Origin: Octopus sinensis
Lineage: Eukaryota
Length of the DNA: 64,000 bases
Assembly: GCF_006345805.1 (NCBI RefSeq)
Contig: NC_043006.1
Span: 80,352,001 to 80,416,000 of the forward strand
Direction: 5' to 3'
Of the stretch, positions 11,476 to 22,900 are shown piece after piece. The notes below the pieces were generated by a model that did no database searches, was not told the DNA's origin, and was given only the letters and a program-made list of their open reading frames with translations. Position 1 is the stretch's first letter; each line of letters begins with the position of its first letter. Both the position numbers and the translations under genes were made by a program.

Positions 11476-13440
11476 TTATTGATCAGAAATTGTAGAAATG
11501 TCAACACCATTCCATTTGCAACAGTAATGAGAGCATTTCAGTCGAAAATAACGTCTAACTTTTTTAGTTGATAACAATGCTATGCTAATTAATAATCCAT
11601 CAAACGAATTAAAGATAGAAGCAGTGAGAAGAACTTCAGGGATTTCGTCGAAGGGAGGAAGTGTAAATATCCATGGTATCCCCATTAGAAGGCTTAGTTT
11701 TAAATAAATCTTCAGCTTCTTTTTATTTTTTACTGCGAGATATTTTGATGAGTTTTTACTCGCTATATAGATACCTCTGGCAGTGAATATGAAAGCCAAT
11801 ATATTAAGTAATAAAATTATTATTATTGGGCCTGAAAAAAACCACAATCGAAATTTTATATTTGTAATCCAGCAAAACCGTTTCTTCCCATATTCTGGAG
11901 AAAGTCCATTGTCCCCAGGTACATATTGAAATACGAGTGACACTGTTACAATTACAAGGGGACATATCCAGGCATATATAGAATAATAGATTAGTTTCGT
12001 TGCATTTTTTTCTGTACCTCGAAGCGGTGTAAGTCCCGAGAAAGTGTACCAGGAATCAAATGACATGACATTCATCCAGAAGAAAGCTGCCAAGGAGAAA
12101 TAATGCTTTAGAACAGCGAATGCTATACACATAGACTTTGAAGTAATTTGCCGTGAGATAAGATACACAAATTCTGCGATGCACAATGATGATAAATAAC
12201 TAATGAACAGTTTACCTGGTATTGTACGGAGTTCCCGTATACAGAGGTAAACTATAATTGTGATCGCTAGAGCAAGAATAGAGGTCACTAGGCCCACTAA
12301 TACTATCTCGCTCACAACATAAATATATCCTGGGATCATGTCATTACTATCTTTTTCACAAATATTTATTCCTTGAGGATCTCGATTGAATTCTGACTGG
12401 TTTAACAAAGTTTGGGAAGATTTCAGATAGAGAGATCCATCACTAGTGAAATTATACTCGTATTCTTTCAGTCGTTTTGTTGTACAATTTAACATGGAGC
12501 TAAAGTCAACTACTCGGCATTCATTCTTTAGTTCATCATAAGCAAATCCATGTGAACAAGAAGGCACTTCTTTCAAATAATCTCTTTCATTATTTGCATT
12601 TAATATTTCAACAGTGTTATTATAGTAATTAAATATTACTGTTCGACTATACACTTTTATATTATATGACTTTTCTATAAAGATAGTTACATTACAGTCA
12701 ATATCATTAATATCAACACCATTACAGATGGCGCAGTGAATGTTCCTAAAATTAGTCCCATTTGATCTTACAATAGCCATTGGTCCAAACGTACAAGAAG
12801 AAACTAAAGATGCATTGGTAACTTTTAGGGGACAGCTTGAAACATAATCAGTACATGGATATTGGTATTCGCTAAAGTTCAACGGTGCTTCGATCGATAC
12901 ATTACAATGATTATTTCTCAGCATGTGAGGGAATAGTGATAAATCTATATCCATCTGATGATCACATTTGTAGTGAACTGTCCATAATATGTATTCCTCT
13001 CCGTTACACAGAGCACAGAACAAATTCCTGTAAAGTCTTTTAGTTCGTTTTCCCAAAGCGGGTATGTTGTATAATCGGTCATTCCCATCTGGTGTTTCAC
13101 AGTAAGTGACGTGTTTTGTAATTGAATGGTTGCTAGGACAGCGGTCAAATAGAAAATAGCTGTCTAATTCATCATCATTAATTTTCTTGCATCTGTAATC
13201 TATTGACGAGGTTCCATGTTCAATTAATGTATCCCTGATCACGTCTGAACAACATTCTTTATATAAATTACAATACTGATGACAAGAACATCTTCGTCGC
13301 AAACTTTCAGCATCACACAGTGATGGATAACATTCAGAGTTTTCCACCGAACAACATGATCGTTGAATAACTTCGTTTCCAAGCGCTATCAAAAGAATCT
13401 GCAAGATATTCTTGAAGTAAAGTACCATCTTGAATATCAT
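11476..13440 (-). CDS. Family-B (secretin/Methuselah-like) GPCR with SMB-like and Cys-rich ectodomain, 654 aa, single coding exon
   Basis: Hydrophobic N-terminus; CSCHQYCNLYKECCSD SMB-like motif; two (Y/F)RNxxCAxCNG modules; seven hydrophobic segments with family-B motifs (LRTIPGK, HYFxLAAFFWMNVM, YAWxxP, YG...CW, LMGxxW). AAAATG start context. Confidence 0.92.
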   Translation of the reverse strand: MIFKMVLYFKNILQILLIALGNEVIQRSCCSVENSECYPSLCDAESLRRRCSCHQYCNLYKECCSDVIRDTLIEHGTSSIDYRCKKINDDELDSYFLFDRCPSNHSITKHVTYCETPDGNDRLYNIPALGKRTKRLYRNLFCALCNGEEYILWTVHYKCDHQMDIDLSLFPHMLRNNHCNVSIEAPLNFSEYQYPCTDYVSSCPLKVTNASLVSSCTFGPMAIVRSNGTNFRNIHCAICNGVDINDIDCNVTIFIEKSYNIKVYSRTVIFNYYNNTVEILNANNERDYLKEVPSCSHGFAYDELKNECRVVDFSSMLNCTTKRLKEYEYNFTSDGSLYLKSSQTLLNQSEFNRDPQGINICEKDSNDMIPGYIYVVSEIVLVGLVTSILALAITIIVYLCIRELRTIPGKLFISYLSSLCIAEFVYLISRQITSKSMCIAFAVLKHYFSLAAFFWMNVMSFDSWYTFSGLTPLRGTEKNATKLIYYSIYAWICPLVIVTVSLVFQYVPGDNGLSPEYGKKRFCWITNIKFRLWFFSGPIIIILLLNILAFIFTARGIYIASKNSSKYLAVKNKKKLKIYLKLSLLMGIPWIFTLPPFDEIPEVLLTASIFNSFDGLLISIALLSTKKVRRYFRLKCSHYCCKWNGVDISTISDQ

Positions 13441-13605
13441 TTTAAATTCTGATGTATGCAGGATAAACTTCTGATAGTTACACTCGCATCAGCATCCTTC
13501 TGGTGCCTAGTGGTATCAAGATTGTGTCTGTATTTGCAGTAATAAATTCATTCTTATTAGTATTACACTTTTTCCTTTGAACGAGTTATTTCATAACTGC
13601 TGCAT
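13441..13605 (-). promoter_or_regulatory. 5' UTR part of the coding exon, with 3' splice acceptor at 13606-13607
   Basis: tttttttgtttcttttttcacAG|ATGCAGCAGTT. The paralogue has ttttctttattttcAG|ATATGCAACAGTT at 38880, and both share TTCAAAGGAAAAA. Confidence 0.75.
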
Positions 13606-13856
13606 CTGTGAAAAAAGAAACAAAAAAACTATGTTAAGTAGTAGTCTGATAGAGATCGTAATTAGAAAAAATATACTAATTAATAATCATACACATAAAC
13701 TACGTTCATCCAATCCAACAGCAATTTCAAAATGTAAATCATATACATGATTATTCTCGAATAAATTGAGAATGCATGCATGTATGTATGTATGTATGTA
13801 TGTATGTATGTATGTATGTATGTATGTATGTATGTATGTATGTATGTATGTACGTA

Positions 13857-14075
13857 TGTTTTATATCCTGATGCTGGATAAATAATCTAACTAGCAGGGG
13901 GAAATAAGTATTTACACGACGCACTACTATTACTGATACACGAAGTCAAACGCTTTCTCTCAACGGCTCACAGTGAACTGCTTACTCAATTGCTCACAAG
14001 TCTTTATAGCAATGTGTCAGTCACTTTTAGTCCCACGGGGGTGGTCGGAATCCTCCCACAACATCTCCCCTTTTT
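13857..14075 (-). mobile_element. 3' LTR (207 bp, TGTT...AACA) with polypurine tract
   Basis: AAAAAGGGGAGA (14064-14075) immediately precedes TGTTGTGGG (14063). Element ends ATATAAAACA at 13857. Internal TATAAA at 14008-14003. Confidence 0.65.
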
Positions 14076-14983
14076 AGAATTAGTCCCCCTTAATTTCTCC
14101 CCTTTTGGGAACTACTCCGCCTAGAGTTTAAATATCTCTTACGTTTAGGGTTCAATTCCAGTGTTTCCGTTCTTTTCTGAACGCAGCAGGATTGAACCCC
14201 GAAGCAAGTGGTTGGGAAGCAGGCTTCTTACCACACTGCCATGCCTATCTTTTATCTCTTCTATCTTTTACTTGTTCCGGTCATTAAACTGTGGCCATGT
14301 TGGGGTACAGCCTTGAAGAATTGTTAGTCAAATGAATCGACCCTAGTACTTTTTAAAAACCTAGTTCATATTCTATCGATGTCATTTGAGAAATGAGTAA
14401 GTTACATCGACGCAGCGGGACTGAACCCGGAACCGTTTGGTTGGGAAGTTAGCTACTTACCACACAAACACGCCTCTCTCTCTCCCTCCCTCCCTCCCTC
14501 TCTCTCTCTCTACACAGACACAGCGGTATGTCTGCGTATAAATACGTATATTTGTAAATATATGTACATCAGTATGTGCGTATTTATGTGTTTCTATATA
14601 TATTCCCCCCACATACAAACACAAACACATACATACGTAGACATGCTTATAGAGTAATGTACGTAATAAAAATATATGAACGGAAGCAGGAAATATACAA
14701 GCAATGCATACCATATTATATGACACTATACAAGTGAATCATTTGTTGCATAATAGGAGGTCTACCACCAATATACATTATTCAAAACTGTTGGATCTGT
14801 GTGTGTGTATCTTTGTACGTATATGATTGCTTATTTGCATGTACTTTCTATCCGTCTGTCTCTCTATCTATGTGTGTGCGAGTGTGTATGTATAGATACA
14901 TGTGTATACGTGCACGACCCTGACACACACACATGCATATAGTTGGTGTGGAGGCATAAGAGGTTATGCGTTTAATCATATAT

Positions 14984-15026
<43 letters not shown>

Positions 15027-15135
15027 GTATATATATATGTATATATATATATATACACATTTACATACACACAGATATACCTATGTATATGTATATATAT
15101 ATATAATTATATATATACACCCACACATAATATAT

Positions 15136-15189
<54 letters not shown>

Positions 15190-15192
<3 letters not shown>

Positions 15193-15659
15193 TCTCTCCA
15201 GCGTCGCCGTGAGCGGTACATCATTTGTACGATGTGGAGAATATACCGCCAACTTTGCCCAAACGACCTGAACATTAGCTTCAAGGTTCATCCAAGACTT
15301 GGACCACGGGCCATACGTCTCCTGCCCAATTCAAGATCACAGCATACATGTACACTGCAACATAATTTCTTTTCCTCAACAGGCCCTGCCCTATTTAACA
15401 TTGTCCCGAGGGAGATCAAAGAGGAAAAGGATCCCATCAACTTCAAACAGAGTCTGGATAGATTCCTTCAAAGAATACCAGATAAGCCACCCATAATTGG
15501 ATACAACTCACCCAACACAAACTCACTACTTGAATGGACCATAAACAAAACTTGACTTAAACAGGATTCAGATAATCATACCAGGTGGTGCTATTAAGTC
15601 AGACATGGCCTGGACCAATCTTTGGTCGAAACATATCTAAGTTTATCTAAGTCTAAGTT

Positions 15660-15660
<1 letters not shown>
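15190..15660 (+). mobile_element. CR1-like LINE 3' end
   Basis: [11 protein letters not shown]...PALFNIVP...FKQSLDRFLQRIPDKP...NSLLEW, followed by a 3' UTR ending in tctaagt repeats. Confidence 0.85.
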
Positions 15661-15721
<61 letters not shown>

Positions 15722-16769
15722 TTATTATCTGTGTGTGTATGTGTGTGTATGTGAATATAGTTACATAATTGGATGAAAATAACTATGTGTGAATGAATAC
15801 TCGGAGAGATATGTAGGCGTCCATGTGCGTATGCGTGCGTACTAGAATGTGGCTTCGAGAACTAAGGGACATAATCAGCCACCTAATTGTTTATTATTCT
15901 AGAGTTATTCCCCTTATCATTTACCTATCAGAACTGGTACTCGACTACTCCCTCCTCATCTCATTCTAGATAAATATATTTGACATAAATTTCTATTCCG
16001 ACAGTACTTTAGGCAGCATTAAACATTCTGACAATCTTAACTATTTGACCGATCTCCAACTAACATTTATGCTATTAAACCCTAAAATGGTTTAGTAACA
16101 GAAATAATATGCATAAATAACAATAGCAGAATTCGATATCGTTGCTATTTATCCGCCCCCTTTTCATGAACGTATGTATGTATGCATATATGTGTGTGTA
16201 TGTATATGTGCATGTGTACAACAGTAAATACTAATCGTACACACACACACACACCACACACACACACACACATATATACACGCACACACATACACACACA
16301 CACATAACACACACACACGCACAAACACACACACAGATATGTGTAAGAAGTTTTCGTCAACTGACGTTAAGTAATAAGTATGTACTGTGTGTGCTCATCT
16401 AAATTTAGTACTAAACCTCCAGCTTGAGAGGCAACTGAATGTATGGTATTGAGAAAGCCATCAGAGACGGCTGGAAGTGGTTTTACCTTGAGCAGTCTGA
16501 TATAGATTAAAGTAAAAATGAAAAAAGCAAAACGTTTGGCATAACTTGAAAAGGGTATTTAATTGAGATAGAGAATATAAACATGCAGTTACTTTACAGC
16601 TGTTTCTAGAATAGCCAATTCTGTGGATCATTATAACGGACAAAGATTCGATAAGCTGAATATATCATCATTAGTGAGAGAGAAGTCAGAGAGATGTAAA
16701 AATGAGAGAATACCTCCATTCAAGGCTATTAGTATATTCTAGCTTGTCAAAAATGTGCTGATAGTAACA

Positions 16770-17184
16770 TGTAACCAATATCACCTGTTGCATGGTCGGG
16801 TCGAAAGCGTCGAAAGCGGCAACACCATCAAACCTGCTTTTTGAGTAGGGTGGTTTGCTACAAGCACTTCGAAAACGTGTGCCTGGTTCTACACAAGTCT
16901 TCACCACTGAAAACTAATAATCTGTCTGGTAGTCTAATAGTTATATTACTGCCTGTTATTCTTTTATACGTCTTTTATACACGTACTGAGGGAAAGCATC
17001 GGCGCGAGGCCGCCGCGCGACGGAAAAAGAAAAAAAAAATTAGAAGGCGTCGACAGCGGAACAAAGCGCGCGACTGCCGAAGCCAACGGCGAAGTAGGAA
17101 GGAAGAGAGAAATGTCATGGAGCTCGCAAACATATAGGAAGTTGTATCGTGTTGCACGCTACCATTAGAGTGATCAATGTAACA
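16770..17184 (-). mobile_element. Possible solo LTR
   Basis: TG...CA ends, GC-rich interior and two TATAAAA on the minus strand; no target-site duplication found. Confidence 0.3.
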
Positions 17185-17199
17185 CGTCAGTGTGTGTGT

Positions 17200-17475
17200 G
17201 TGTGGCCGGCCAAAGACTTGTGAGCGGCTGTGGTGGACGGAAGTTGGAAGAAGCTTCATGTCTGTGTATCCCCGTTTCTGTTTGCTCCACACTATCGCTT
17301 GACAACCATTGGTAGTTTGTTTACTTGCCCCGTAACTTATAGGCTTGGCATAAGATGCCGATATAATAGGTTATTACTACTGGAAACGGTTCAATCGATT
17401 AAAACCCTTCAAACCCGTGCCCCAGTATGACGGAAACCTGACTGAAACAGGTAAAAGATAAAAGATAAAAGATAA

Positions 17476-17480
<5 letters not shown>
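17200..17480 (+). mobile_element. Old diverged SINE related to family A
   Basis: atcgcttgacaacc...ccccgtaactta...tgactgaaacaggtaaaagataaaaga resembles the family A tail. Confidence 0.6.
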
Positions 17481-17516
<36 letters not shown>

Positions 17517-18123
17517 TATATACACACATATATATACACACACACAAACACATAAACACATATACACTAGCGTTTAAACACAAACGCATATGCACCAACA
17601 TAAAATTTTTCATATCTCGCATGCCTCATGTTCAGTTACCATAGAGAGGAATAATCAATTCAAATAGGTCGGCAAACTTTATATTTTTGGCGGGAGTTTT
17701 CCCAGCTGACGTCATTATGTAAGCTAATATATTATTACGTTTCAAAATATGAAAGCAATCACATTACACTTCGCTGGCATATAAGTAGTGTATTGAAGAT
17801 TATTCTTGCTGTGTACTGCAGGGAATAAAAAAAAAGGAGGTAAGTTTTTTCTCATCTGTTTTTCCTTTCCGTTTCGTTTACCCTGATCAAAGCAAAAACA
17901 AAATTACATGGCAAAACAACTGATAACTGTTTCAATTTTCATGTATGTGATACCTAAACGATTTAACTGGTAATCTTCCGTTTAGGGAGAAACATTAACA
18001 ACTATCGCTTTCCTTCAAACACGCACACACACACATATATATATATACATATATATATACATATATATATACATATCAAAATAAGCAACAAGGATATCCA
18101 GAGGTAATGCGTTCGATCGTTTA

Positions 18124-18184
<61 letters not shown>

Positions 18185-18324
18185 TTGGACACTACGTAAT
18201 CATTGGTATATGTTTTATCTTATATTTAATCTTTCTATAAAATGTTATTTTTTTCTAAATGGTATAATTAAGTGTTTTTTCATATATAGAATTGATAAAA
18301 GGTGTTTATTTTTCTAATTTATAT

Positions 18325-18369
<45 letters not shown>

Positions 18370-18571
18370 TATATATATATATATATCTACAAATTTGAGA
18401 TAGGGGTTGTAAATGCAACCCCCTGGGATTACAGTCTCTTATGTGGTGGTTTAATAAGTATGTGATTGAGTATTATCTGGTAATTGATATTTGATTTGAG
18501 ATGTATTTCTCCATTTTCTTATCTTGTATATATATATCTATATAATATATTATATGTATTATGTACATTTG

Positions 18572-18606
<35 letters not shown>

Positions 18607-18839
18607 TAACTCTTTTACTCTGTAACTTTTTCAGTCATTTGAGTGTGGCCATACTGGAGTACCGCCTTTCAGTTGAAGAAATCAATCCCTGGACTTGTTC
18701 TTTGTAAGCTTGATGCTTATTCTATTGATATCTTTTGCCGAACAGCTAGGTTATGGGGACGTAAACGCACCAACATCAGTTTCTAAGCGATGGTACTGGG
18801 GAACAAACATAGACACAAATACTCACATACACACACAGA

Positions 18840-20020
18840 GGCGATTAGTTTCTTTCTGACTATCCGTTCCATGACTTTGCTGATGTGTGAAGTCAGAGAG
18901 ATAGGCCTATAGTTTTTGACATCTGCTCTACTTCTCCCTTTATGTATTGGGCATATTATTCCCTCCTTCAGCTTGCTTGGCAGTTTGCCATTCGCAAGAA
19001 AGCTCTGGAAGAGAATCTTGAGGGGTTTTGCCAGGGCATGCTTACACGCTTTGAGGAGGATGGCTGGGAACCTATCTGGACCAGCAGCTGAGTTTGTGTC
19101 CACTTCATTTATGGCTAGTAGGACATCTTTTTCGCTAATGTCAATACATTCTATTGTAACCGCCTCGTTGGTATTAGGTGAGGCGGCAAAGAAGTCCACT
19201 GGTTCGTTCACTTGTCTGTGTTTCAACGGGGTGGTAAAGACACTTTTGAACTGGTCATTCAGCATCTCACTGATCTTAGTCGTACTGTCTGTGAGGGAGC
19301 CATCCTTTTGGAGGAGGGGTCCTATCTTGTAGTGCTCTGAGACTGTTTCTTTCGCGTAATGAAAGAAGGCCTTTGGGTTTGATTTAATATTTTTTATAAC
19401 CCAGGCTTCTTTGTCTGCTTTCTCCTTCACATGGGATTGTTGCAGCCTTTTTTCGATCTCCATCAGTGTTGTTTTTAGGCGGGACGTTTCGCTACTTTTG
19501 AGATGTTGGTTGAGACGATTTGCAACCTTCGTCCGTCGTCTCATGAGGATCTTCCTGTCTCTTGGAATCTTGCTCCTATATGTTTTGGACTTGTGCTCTG
19601 GGACATATTTCTGGCATACGGCTTGCACAGAAGACATGAAACATTCTAGTTTCATGTCAATGTCTGGTGTGGAGAGACATTCCGGCCAGTTCTCTCTGAG
19701 TATCTCTTTTTGGATCGATTTCCAATCTGCTTTGTGGAAGTTCAGATTGGAGAGATTTCGGGTGCTTCCTTTAGGCTGTATGTCTGGTTACTTTTGGCCC
19801 AAACATAGACAGCTCTATTATGTTGTGATCCGAAACTGATGTCGGTGTCACTTTCACATCATGAATGATGTCCATATTGTTCGTGAAGCAGAGATCCAGA
19901 ATGTTATTCACCCTAGTTGGCTTCAGTACAACTTGCTCCATGAATAAGGTATTGGTGAGGTTGAGCAGGGACTCCACCTGTACTTGCTTGCAATGATCCA
20001 TTCCTGAGAGTATGTGACCT
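18840..20020 (-). mobile_element. CR1/L2-like LINE ORF2 fragment (endonuclease C-terminus to RT N-terminus), frameshifted
   Basis: PTRVNNILDLCFTN...SDHNII endonuclease motif; NPKAFFHY, AAGPD, PIHKG, NYRPISLTSHISKVMERIV RT motifs. Confidence 0.92.
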
Positions 20021-20069
20021 ATATATATATATTATATATATATATATAATATATATATATAATATATAT

Positions 20070-20290
20070 ATAATTATTTAACAATTAAGGATATACCTCT
20101 TAATAAGGAATATTAACAAGAAATTATCAGTAGATAGCGTGAAAAACCTCATAAGATAAAAATTTCGAAAATAATTCTTTCTATTGAACATATTAATTTT
20201 TATCTTATGAGGTTTTTCACGCTATCTACCTGATAATTTTTTTGTTAAGATTCCTTTAAGAGGTTATCCTTAATTGTTAAATAATTTTAT
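20070..20290. repeat. Inverted repeat (arms about 95 bp)
   Basis: gatagcgtgaaaaacctcataagataaaaatt pairs with aatttttatcttatgaggtttttcacgctatc. Confidence 0.85.
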
Positions 20291-20445
20291 TCCGAAAAAA
20301 CTTTTCCTATCCGAAATGCAATTCGAAGAAGCCTGCCATTTACCGGATGTATTATATGTAAACTCCCCCATGTGCTTCGTTGTTGAACAGTTAGCTGTTT
20401 AGCTTCGACGAGACGAGGTCGTTTATTTATGATACGTTCAGAACC

Positions 20446-20494
20446 AGTCTTGCTGATGAGTACGTAAGTACGAAATCACAGGTGATACAAGACT
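20446..20494 (+). ncRNA. Canonical type I hammerhead ribozyme
   Basis: agtcttg-CTGATGA-GTAC-gtaa-GTAC-GAAA-TCAC-ag-GTGA-TA-caagact. 7-bp stem I, 4-bp stem II with GNRA loop, 5-bp stem III, AUA triplet; predicted cut after 20487. Confidence 0.88.
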
Positions 20495-20610
20495 TAATTT
20501 TTTAAATGTCTTGCTTTGAAAAATTGCATTTGGGTAGAATTAGTAAAATTTTTGGTAGAAATGACTAACGTCCCTCTTAGCGTGTGGCATGTATGTATAA
20601 TAATGCCCTC

Positions 20611-20650
<40 letters not shown>

Positions 20651-20759
20651 ATATCTATATAATATATATAATATATTTGTAGAATGTTGAAAAGGAACAC
20701 ATACATATATGGAAAAAATGTCAATTAGAAAATGCTAAATAATTTAATAGAAAACATTT

Positions 20760-20795
20760 CAGTACCGGTTTCAGTCATTGAGACTTTTTCAACTG
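20760..20795 (-). ncRNA. Minimal hammerhead motif with U3-A8 core variant
   Basis: cag-TTGAAAA-AGTC-tcaat-GACT-GAAA-C-cg-G-TA-ctg. Degenerate inverted partner at about 21287-21322 on plus. Confidence 0.55.
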
Positions 20796-21399
20796 TAAGT
20801 ATGGAAAACAATTAAATTTTGGAAAAATTAAAAGAAAAGTTTTAAAAGAATATTTGCATAATATTCAGATACAAGGGGCATTTTCCTTGTTTCTGCCTGT
20901 CTCTGTCTCTCTTTTTTACTTTTGTGGGTTCGAGGTCGTTGTGAATTCTTGGCAGGGAAGAAGAACAAGAAGGAGAAGTAGGAGGATGAGGAGGAGGGAA
21001 GAATGCAGGAGTGACATTATAGTAGTAGAATGTTAAATGGTCAAGTGCCCTGAAAGTGACTTGTTGTGGATAGTAATCGTGATTGAATTTTTGAGACATT
21101 TCTTCTGAATGTTTTGTTTATAAAATTTGCGTAGGTGTTATTCTAAACAGCAATAGTGATAAAGGAGGTGGCGGAGAGGAAGAAAACGAAGAAGAAGGAG
21201 AAAGAGAAGGAAGAATAAGAAGGAATGTAGGTGGTATGATATTTGTAAGATTTGTATTTCCCAAATTTAATTGTTTTCCATACTGACAGATGGAAAAGTC
21301 TTAATGACTGAAACCGATACTGAAATGTTTTTTATAAAATTATTTTAGTATATCCTACCTTGACTTTTTCCCCATATATATATATATATATATATCATA

Positions 21400-21607
21400 G
21401 GCATAGGAGTGGCTGTGTGGTAAGTAGCTTGCTTACGACCACATAGTTCCGGGTTCAGTCCCACTGCGCGGCACCTTGGGCATGTGTCTTCTACCAAAGC
21501 CTTGTGAGTGGATTTGTAGACGGAAACTGAAAGAAGCCCGTCGTATATATATATATATATATATGTATATGTATATTTATATGTATATGTATAAGATATA
21601 TATATAT

Positions 21608-21678
<71 letters not shown>

Positions 21679-21735
21679 CTTAGCGGTTCGGCAAAAGAGA
21701 CCAATAGAATAAGTACTAGGCTTACAAAGAATAAT
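21400..21735 (+). mobile_element. SINE family A with internal (TA)n expansion
   Basis: Head 21400-21545, (TA)n, tail ttagcggttcggcaaaagagacc...cttacaaagaata. Confidence 0.85.
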
Positions 21736-21849
21736 AAAGTATTATCTGCCGTCTCGAACTTTATCAACTTGTGACATTTTCCCCTGTCTCTGTCAGTGTA
21801 TGTTTCTGTCTGTCTTGCACGACAATGGTCTGGCTATCTCAAGCGATAT

Positions 21850-22900
21850 GAAAGACTATGCCATGGTTCAGGAAGGACTTGATAAAAATATTCAAAGAGT
21901 TCGGCCTATCCATAACTGTTACTACCAATCCGACTTTCTTGGACGTAAGCTCAGACTTGCATACGGGCAAATACTACCCTTACAAGAATTTAAGGAAGAA
22001 GCAGTATATATCCACAAGAGCTCAGACCACCCCACGCCGCTGTAATTAGAAACCTGGCTTCAGGCGTTAGCAATCGGGTGTTTAAATTGTCAGCCATTAT
22101 GGAGATCTTTAACATCACTACAATGATGCTTTGGCTTGGAGCGAATTTTCTGAACAGCTTACGTGTGTGAACGAAACCCAAACCTACTCTCGCCAACACA
22201 AGAGAATTAGGTAAAGGAAAATAGTTTGGTATAACTCCCCCATATAACCTAAACATTTCTGCCGTCGCATCCAGTTGCTTCCTGTCGTTAATAAAGAAAT
22301 ATTTCCCCAGAGACCATAAGTATTACAAACTCTTCAACTCCTATAATGTCAAGGTAAGCTACTCCTGCTTAAACAGCATTGCGTCTGACATTGCACGCAT
22401 CAACAGACGTAAAAGCACACTCGCACATACATATTTACATACTCACGCACATACCTCAACCTGAAACCTGAAACTCTCGAAAACCTGCTACATGCTCTCC
22501 AGGTGGATCCTGCCTCACAAAAGCTATAGTATACAGAACCATCCTTACACCACCCGATGATATTATTAGCATTACACAGGTGTATGACGTCCAATGAATT
22601 CAAAGGAAGATATTCCCAGCACTTGATTTCATTTAGATCCAGGAATAGAGAGAACTCCACTTCCCTGTTGCGCTTTCTCTGGAGACTTTCCTTGTCGTTC
22701 TTTCGCCGAAATGAAACACCCAGCATCAAGTGGACTATTAACGACAGAGCGCTACCTTATTCACCAGCCCCGCCCAATCGCCAGCTGGCCAGCGCGAAAA
22801 ACTCTATATCCTCTACCAACCCGCAGCGTCCATCAACAAGAAAATATGAGGTGTTGTATTACTGTCACCAGAGGTACACCGATCTGGTAAATTTTTAGCC
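21850..22900 (+). mobile_element. Penelope-like element remnant (RT C-terminus plus GIY-YIG endonuclease), degenerate
   Basis: FLDV...GKYYPY, YIHKSSDHP, CLTKAIVYR...YTG...FKGRYSQH...STSL..FLW, read across frameshifts. Confidence 0.8.
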
